Source of the DNA: Octopus sinensis
Taxonomy: Eukaryota
Length of the DNA stretch: 64,000 nt
Assembly: GCF_006345805.1 (NCBI RefSeq)
Contig: NC_043004.1
Span: forward strand, 66,278,001 to 66,342,000
Direction: 5' to 3'
Below the pieces are notes generated by a model. That model was not told the origin of the DNA and searched no databases. It saw only the letters and a list, made by a program, of their open reading frames with translations. Shown one piece after another: positions 56,064-64,000 of the stretch. Within the stretch, counting starts at the first letter, position 1, and the number at the start of each line of letters is the position of its first letter. A program made the position numbers and the translations under genes.

Positions 56064-56099
56064 CTTTCTGTTGAAGAGCGTAGGCTCGAAACGTTAAAG
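56064..56099 (+). ncRNA. Minimal hammerhead, variant core CUGUUGA
   Basis: cttt-CTGTTGA-a-gagc-gtag-gctc-GAAAC-GTT-aaag. Confidence 0.7.
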
Positions 56100-56196
56100 A
56101 CTTGTTTTAATTTATATTTCCTGAGCGCCATACTAATACAATTGTTCGTTTGTTTTCCACCTGCCTTCGTCTTTTGTTTATTTTCATAAAGCTTCC

Positions 56197-56234
<38 letters not shown>

Positions 56235-57110
56235 TGGAAATCTAAAGTAACCTTTACGAGGCATACTAGATTTTTGAGGACCAGGAATCGAAACCACAAA
56301 ATTACGAGACATATGTATGTAAATGTGTACAGATATAGGCATATTTATATATATACACATATATTCATATGCATATATATGTGCATGTATATTATATCAC
56401 ACGCACAACACATACGGAAACACGCGCATGCGTGTATGTAATATACCTAGACAGTTTACACATTTCTTAACGCTCTATCGTATACACCAATATTAAATCA
56501 GGCTTGTTTATAAATATTCTAGTAATATGCGTTAAATCACACGTAAATATTTTTACGTTATTGAGGTATCATTATCAAGTGCCCTTCGTCTTGTAATTTG
56601 TTTACTTTAAAATTTCCATTTTATGCGACTTCTTGTATTACATTATCTTCATTATTTTCATGCTAAGATATGCAGAATTATCTGAAAATAATTGTTTGAA
56701 TCGATGCAAATATTTGTGCATATCTTGCATTTAAACAAAAATTTTGCGGTGTAAGTAAATTGTATATACTGGTACTCTACTGTAATTTATGGTGGGTTTC
56801 ATGTGTAAACGCTGTTAATGGATGTAATTTTAGTTAATGCATGAATAAAGTGCATTATTTGGGAACCATTGCTTATTAAAGATTATGCTCAGGTGGGAAA
56901 TAGATGCATGCAATAATTTTCATTTGACTAATGCTCTAAATATTTTGAATACCTTTATTCGTGGGAGATGTTTTGAAAATGTTATTGTAATTCGAATATT
57001 ATGTATGTATACGTAAATACATTCATAAAACACGCCCGTACATAGAAACATTCATATATATATATTATATATATGTTTATATATATATAACACACACACA
57101 TATATATATA

Positions 57111-57171
<61 letters not shown>

Positions 57172-57250
57172 ATATATACATATATATATATATATACACA
57201 TATATATGTAGAAGGTTGAAAAGGAACATACGGGTTGATATATATGGATG

Positions 57251-57621
57251 AAAGTCAAGATAGAAAATGCTGAAATAATTTTATAAAAAGACTTTTCAGT
57301 ACCGGTTTCCGTTATTGAGACTTTTTCACCTGTAAGTGTGGAGAACAAATAAATTTGGAAAAAATTGTTTGAATTCTTCCCTACCAAGAATTCACAACGA
57401 CCTCGAACCCACAAGAGTAAACAAGAGAGACAGAGACAGGCAGAGAGAAGGGAACTGCCACTTGAATTTGAATACTATACAAATATTCATTTAAAAAACT
57501 TTCCACTTAACTTTTCCAAATTTAATTGTTTTCCATACTTACAGTTGGAAATGTCTCAATGATTGAAACCGTACTGAAATGTTTTTTATAAAATTTTTTT
57601 AGCATTTTTTATCTTGACTTT
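57251..57621. repeat. Fold-back element, ~110-bp arms, each with a hammerhead 3' half
   Basis: 57251-57362 is a diverged reverse complement of 57512-57621. GAAACcgGTA on minus in the left arm; GAAACcGTA at 57565. Confidence 0.8.
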
Positions 57622-57624
<3 letters not shown>

Positions 57625-57658
<34 letters not shown>

Positions 57659-57741
57659 TATATATATAATATATATATGTATATATATATATATTATATA
57701 TATAATATATATTTATATATATATATATATTATATTATATA

Positions 57742-57795
<54 letters not shown>

Positions 57796-57845
57796 ATATA
57801 TATACATATATATATTATATATATATATATATTATATATATATTA

Positions 57846-57880
<35 letters not shown>

Positions 57881-58007
57881 ATATTATAATACACTATATA
57901 TACATATACATATAAATACATATACATATTTATACATATACACAAGTATATATATACATATATATATACATATATATACATATATATATATATACATATA
58001 TATATAC

Positions 58008-58042
<35 letters not shown>

Positions 58043-58135
58043 ATATATAGACATATATATAGATATATATATATTACATACAGACATATATATATATATA
58101 TTTATACATATATATATATATTATATACAATTAGT
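57625..58135. repeat. Long (TA)n/(TACA)n array
   Basis: Direct reading. Confidence 0.95.
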
Positions 58136-58142
58136 ATATACA

Positions 58143-60400
58143 AATTAAACTGTCCGGAAGCTAACCTGGCTACACCAAGCACAGAGAAGGAACCCTGCCC
58201 ACCACTATGCAAGACTACCACAGTCAACAGACACGGGATGGCCTTCCCTAACTCCTGCACAGCCGTCACCCCAATACTTTTACTAAATATTGGGGCCCTG
58301 TTGCATCAAAATAGAAACAAAGTTTCTTTCCTGAGAGATTTTACTGCATGCAATCAAGCCCTATGCATAGCACTTGTGGAAACTCACCTCAACCCTGATA
58401 TAGAAGACGCAGAAGTACACATATCAAACTATGCCATACTGCTAATAGACAGAAGGGAAAGGAGCCATGGTGGAGTTGCTGTATACATCCGAGATGACCT
58501 CACACCCCAGGTTTGATGACATACTCAAATTCGGTATGTGACACCTTAATTGTATACATAAGACAACATAATATAGTCATATGCAAAACATATTGCCCAC
58601 CGGATGCCCCAAATCACATAGGCAAGTTTGAAGATTGCCTCAAAAGAATTAAAGAAATCCTCATGAATCTGGAACACAACGTGACCATATTTCTTATGGG
58701 CGATTTCAACTTCCCCAACGTCAAATGGCGCGAAGGTCACATACTCTCAGGAATGAATCATTGCAAGCAAGTACAAGTGTAGTCCCTGCTCAACCTCACC
58801 AATGCCTTATTCATGGAGCAAGTTGTACTCAAGCCAACTAGGGCGAATAACATTCTGGATCTCTGCTTCACGAACAATATGGACATTATACATGATGTGA
58901 AAGTGACACCGACATCAGTTTCGGATCACAACATAATAGAGCTGTCTGGGCCGAAAGTAACCAGAGACATACAGCCTAAAGGAAGCACCCGAAATCTCTC
59001 CAATCTGAACTTCCACAAAGCAGATTGGAAATCTATCCAAAAAGAGATCCTCAGAGAAGACTGGCCGGAATGTATCTCCACACCAGACATTGACATGAAA
59101 CTAGAATGTTTCATGTCTTCTGTGCAAGCTGTATGTCAGAAATATGTCCCAGAGCACAAGGCCAAAACAAATAGGAGCAAAATTCCAAGAGACAGGAAGA
59201 TCCTCATGAGACGATGGGCGAAGGTTGCAAATCGTCTCAACCAACATCCCAAAAGTAGCGAAACGTCCCGCCTAAAAACAATACTGATGGAAATCGAAAA
59301 AAAGCTGCAACAATCCTATGTGAAGGAGAAAGCAGACAAAGAAACCTGGGTTATAAAAAAAACATTAAATCAAACCCAAAGGCCTTCTTTCATTACGCGA
59401 AAGAAACAGTCTCATTGCACTACAAGATAGGACCCCTCCTCCAAAAGGACGGCTCCCTCACAGACAGTCCAACTATGATCAGTGAGATGCTTAATGACCA
59501 GTTCAAAATTGTCTTTACCGCCCCGTTGGAACACAGACAAGTGAACGAACCATTGGACTCCTTTGCCGCCTCACCTATAACCCGCGAGGCGGTTACAATA
59601 GAATGTATTGACCTTAGCGAAAAAGATGTCCTACTAGCCATAGATGAAGTGGACACAAACTCAGCTGCTGGTCCAGATGGTTTCCCAGCAATCCTCCTCA
59701 AAGCGTGTAAGCATGCCCTGGCAAAACCCCTTAAGATTCTCTTCCAGAGCTTTTTTGCGAATGGCAAACTGCCAAGCAAGCTGAAGGAGTGAATAATATG
59801 CCCAATACATAAAGGGGAAAGTAGAGCAGATGCCAAAAACTATAGGCCTATTTCTCTGACTTCACACATCAGTAAATTCATGGACCGGATAGTCAGAATG
59901 AAACTAATCGCATTCCTTGAGGAAAATAACTTGCTGAGTGATACCCAGCATGGTTTTCGACCAGGTAGGAGCTGCCTGACCCAGCTCTTACAGCATTTAG
60001 ACTGGGTGTTGAGGCAGTTACTCAACAAATCAGATGTGGACGTAATCTACCTTGATTTTGCAAAAGCTTTTGACAATGTGGATCATGGTATGATATGCCA
60101 CAAACTACGTGACCTCGGCATAGCTGGAAAACTTGGAGTGTGGATGTATGACTTCCTGAAAGATAGGAGTAAGGCAGTAGTGGTTAATGGAGCCACCTCT
60201 ATGAACATACAAATAGTGAGCGGTGTCCCACAGGGCACTGTCTTGGGCCCACTGCTTTTTATAGTGGCCCTCTCAGATATGCCCTCAAATGCCCGGATAG
60301 CCACTCTGGCTAGCTATGCAGACGATACGAAAGTCTCGCAGAAAATACAGAACACCAGCGATGTTGCACACCTGCAGCAGGAGTTGGATTCAATACTCTA
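58143..60400 (+). mobile_element. CR1-like LINE ORF2 (APE endonuclease + RT to just past YADD), frameshifted, cut off by (TA)n
   Basis: LLNI..., [37 protein letters not shown]; [50 protein letters not shown]. Confidence 0.92.
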
Positions 60401-60476
60401 TACATGCATATATATATATATATATATATGCATATATATATATATACATATAGATATATATGCATATATATATATA

Positions 60477-60516
<40 letters not shown>

Positions 60517-60557
60517 TATATATGTATATATATACATATATATATATATTATGCATA

Positions 60558-60598
<41 letters not shown>

Positions 60599-60690
60599 TA
60601 TTGTATATATATATATATATATATATGCATATATATGTATATATATATATGCATATATATGTATATATAATATATGCATATATATGTTAA

Positions 60691-60788
<98 letters not shown>

Positions 60789-60798
60789 TATATATATA

Positions 60799-60830
<32 letters not shown>
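60401..60830. repeat. (TA)n/(TATG)n array replacing the LINE 3' end
   Basis: Direct reading; gives the IYIY tail of ORF 59880-60881. Confidence 0.95.
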
Positions 60831-60832
<2 letters not shown>

Positions 60833-60953
60833 CATGCAGAACCAATCTGATACTGACATTCAGTTATGCAAGAACCTATGACGAGTGGAGCCGGATTTAG
60901 CTCTGTCTCTGTCTGTCTGTCTCTCTCTCTCACCCTCGATATATATATATATA

Positions 60954-60985
<32 letters not shown>

Positions 60986-63900
60986 TTAGGTAAAATATGA
61001 GTCTGTGTGAAAATTGCTGACAAAAGTAAGGGGTCACTTAATCCTTCGTATAACGTTGCATTTCCTCCTTATTTCCTTCATTTCTCAAAACAGCTAAAGA
61101 GTTTTTTTTTATTAACACCATTTGGACATTGACGAGCAAAAGTGCTATTTATTTGCGGCTGATGCCTGAATATCCTAAACACTACACTTATTCACTGTGA
61201 CTTTGATTGATGTCTCTTTTACATGGCGGTAATCGTTTCGTTTTCATCCTTTCTCCAGGATAATATATATTTCTTTGCTCTACAATTCGAATATTACACA
61301 ATAAACTTCTTTTCCCCTTTCTTCTCCGTATCTTACTTGATCTTGCTTGATTCCCCATCAAGTTCTCCGTTTAACATTGATTACACATTTCTGCAATTTA
61401 TTTTTTAATTTTGGGGCATTTCTTAACGAAAATAAAAAGGTGTGAGAACATACGTACTGTTTACTATTGTAACAGACAAGTAGAACACATATATTGCCTG
61501 TTATTTTATAAAATTGCATTTATATAAGCATGTGCACTATTTTCAATATAGTATGACTAAACAGTTATTTTCCTCATTTACTGGTATACCTCTACGACAG
61601 TAGATTCGAAACTGCTGAACATGCTGTAAAAAGACAATTATGCATATATATATATGATACATACAGAGAAACGGACACCGAAAGAGATAGGGAGAGAGTC
61701 ATATATATAGAATACGTATTTATGAATAAGCATCCCCTTGCCATTTAATTAATCTTGAAAGGAAATTATTTCGTCGATACACGAGATTCGGTATATAATC
61801 AAAACCTCAATTCGTTCCCTTTAATACTTATAATTATAGAGCCATCTATTCAACAGGATATATCATCATTCTACAGATTAATAGAAAGACAGGGAAACAT
61901 ATTTATCGGAGAATGCTTTAAAAGCAATAACTCATAAAACTGTCTCATTCAAATTCAAGCTTATGAATTTATATATAATGGATATGCATATTATGTTCGT
62001 GCAACTAATTGCAATATATTTTTGAAATATTTCTATAATTTTAATTTTAATCATGCGGTTGGTTTGGAAACAAATTTTTGTAAGAATCATTTAAGGTTTT
62101 ACCAATATGTATAAATATATAAAATAGATTATAAAACAAAAATTTAAACGTAAAAAATAATTAATTATTAAATTGAGAAAATGTTAAATACTTCAAATAA
62201 GAAACTCTAACCTTTGAAAAATTTAATTGATTTCAATGTAAACTAAATTAAAGAAAATAGTAGAGTTTTAAATATAAGAGATAATTGCCCACTTTATTTC
62301 TTCGTCATGCTACAATGCATTATTAATAACAGCTACGTATCTTCTCATAATAGAAGTAAACATCACAAACACTATTTTAAAAGAATCCCTTCGCGTGTTT
62401 ATATTTCATTCTATTCAGTGAATGATTTTTTTATTAATTTTATCTAAACTTTAATTGCTTTCTAAATGTACCTATTTATGTAAATTAATTTGTAGTAGTA
62501 ATTTGGTTCATTTATGTTGATAAAGGAAAAAAAATGAAAGCAAACAAGACGATGGTGTTTGCTAAAATAAAGATGCCTTTTAAGTATTTTTAATATGTTG
62601 CTGCAGAAGCGCACACATATATACGCATTCACATAAGATCTCACATTTTTATATATTGTGTCTGAGTGTTTCTTGTTTATGTACATATATATGTATTTAT
62701 GCATTAAGTTACATTCATAAAAAATGATACGTTATCCTCAGAGTAGGTCATCACTGGACTTAGTATTGACTCTTCACCATTATACGCAGCTCTTTTTCCT
62801 ACAAATTTTCAATTATTTGGTCTAAATTAATACTATTCATTAAAAAGCATAAAAACAGATCGTTAAATTAATATATACAAAGTAAACCGTAGACCAGTAA
62901 CATCTAATATGGCCTGTTGTTCTGCAGCATAGCAGGGGGCACAATATTTGCCTTGCATTAACCCACATGGCTGGCATATATCAGTAATATCTGTGGTAAC
63001 CAATGTTTACTAATGAAATAAATTGAAACCTCTAGGGTACCCTTTATCAATGTGATAGTGAAGTACTTTTCACATAGAACATATATTGGTTTTGTGGAGA
63101 AAACATTCTCTACAACTGTCTTGTTAAATGTGAAATGCATTTTCTGTTTCAGATTGTATGTGAAATACATTTTGTGTTTGGAATGCATTTTGTTCACATT
63201 GTATGTTGTTGTGTGGACGCCCCCAGACGATGAAGTAGGCTAGCCAATACGTAAAGAGGGAGAAGTCTAAACGTCAGAGTTGAGTAGCGGTCATCGAAAC
63301 GTGCGATATAACAGTAACGACGAGGATTTCGTAGCTCACACAGCCACTGTGTAATGTTGCGATATAACATATTTAAAATACATTTTATATTTTACTTATA
63401 GATTTTAGGTTCTACATGTTTGTCTCCTACTGCAACTCTCAGTATTCATGTAATCCCTGTCTTCGTCGAGATATATCTCATCCATGGAATATAGTTACAA
63501 AGGGCTTTCGTCTTCAATGACGGTGATGTACAGTGACAACTTTGATTTCAGAAACTAAACGAAATCGGTTGCAGCGTTTGAAAATATGCTAACATATATA
63601 CTCATAATGGAATGTATTCAGGCCAGCAAATTCAACGTATTTTTGTTCAAAAAGATAAGGCTCTGCTGACGAGTTGAATGCATCAGATTTATAACCTATT
63701 ATGTGATCAAACTTTGCGCAAATTTCTAATCTAATACAATGAGAAAAAAGTGCTAAGGTGCTTCTCTGAAGGATCCATATTGTTGCTGGAAACGCTTTAA
63801 TTTCGTAATATATAAATATTGTCCTATTGTGGTAGCTTTGATACTCTCATTCGGGTTATCATACGTGCAAATATTTTCGGATGAATGAAGTAGATATCGC

Positions 63901-64000
63901 AGAAACAAAATATTTGAACCAGGTACTAGAGAGGCATTAAATTAATGCATCAAAACGGAATATGCTTAAAGTGTAAACACACTAGTTTACCCAATAATAT

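Larger units (their letters stand above)
54445..56198 (+). mobile_element. Penelope-like element (Neptune-type GIY-YIG end) with inverted 5' pLTR and direct 3' pLTR
   Basis: FKRAHNLRDLLVHS...CSRPRCRTC...FTCTSSNIIYCISCSLCNSLYIG / TGRRLADRFAEHL. 54445-54628 is a diverged reverse complement of 55987-56198. Confidence 0.88.

Noticed and set aside
63220-63310. CAGACGA...GAAACGTGCGAT as a hammerhead relic
   Set aside because: Core and triplet are altered and stem I does not pair. It may be an old pLTR but is not supportable.

Overview
AT-rich eukaryotic non-coding DNA with no host gene, rRNA, tRNA gene or CRISPR array that I can support. The SINE families and the extreme (TA)n load resemble what I recall of octopus/coleoid cephalopod genomes; this is an inference, not a database result. 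Most ORF-track entries (IYIY, MYVC, poly-E/S/N, Pro/Ser-rich) are microsatellite translations. The real content is decayed transposons: CR1-like LINEs (the longest at 39.4-42.1 kb and 58.1-60.4 kb), RTE LINE 3' ends, two restriction-like-endonuclease (RLE) LINE relics absent from the ORF track, three Penelope-like elements (PLEs), five Tc1/mariner derivatives including a DD41D copy with both TIRs, and about ten tRNA-derived SINEs. The most interesting layer is non-coding. About ten minimal type-I hammerhead ribozyme (HHR) motifs, intact to degenerate and from several unrelated sequence families, sit either in PLE pseudo-LTRs or in short fold-back elements docked next to (TA)n arrays. One HHR is essentially perfect (14299-14341), and three copies share a non-canonical core (CUGUWGA). 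All coordinates and alignments were read by eye and may be off by a few bases.
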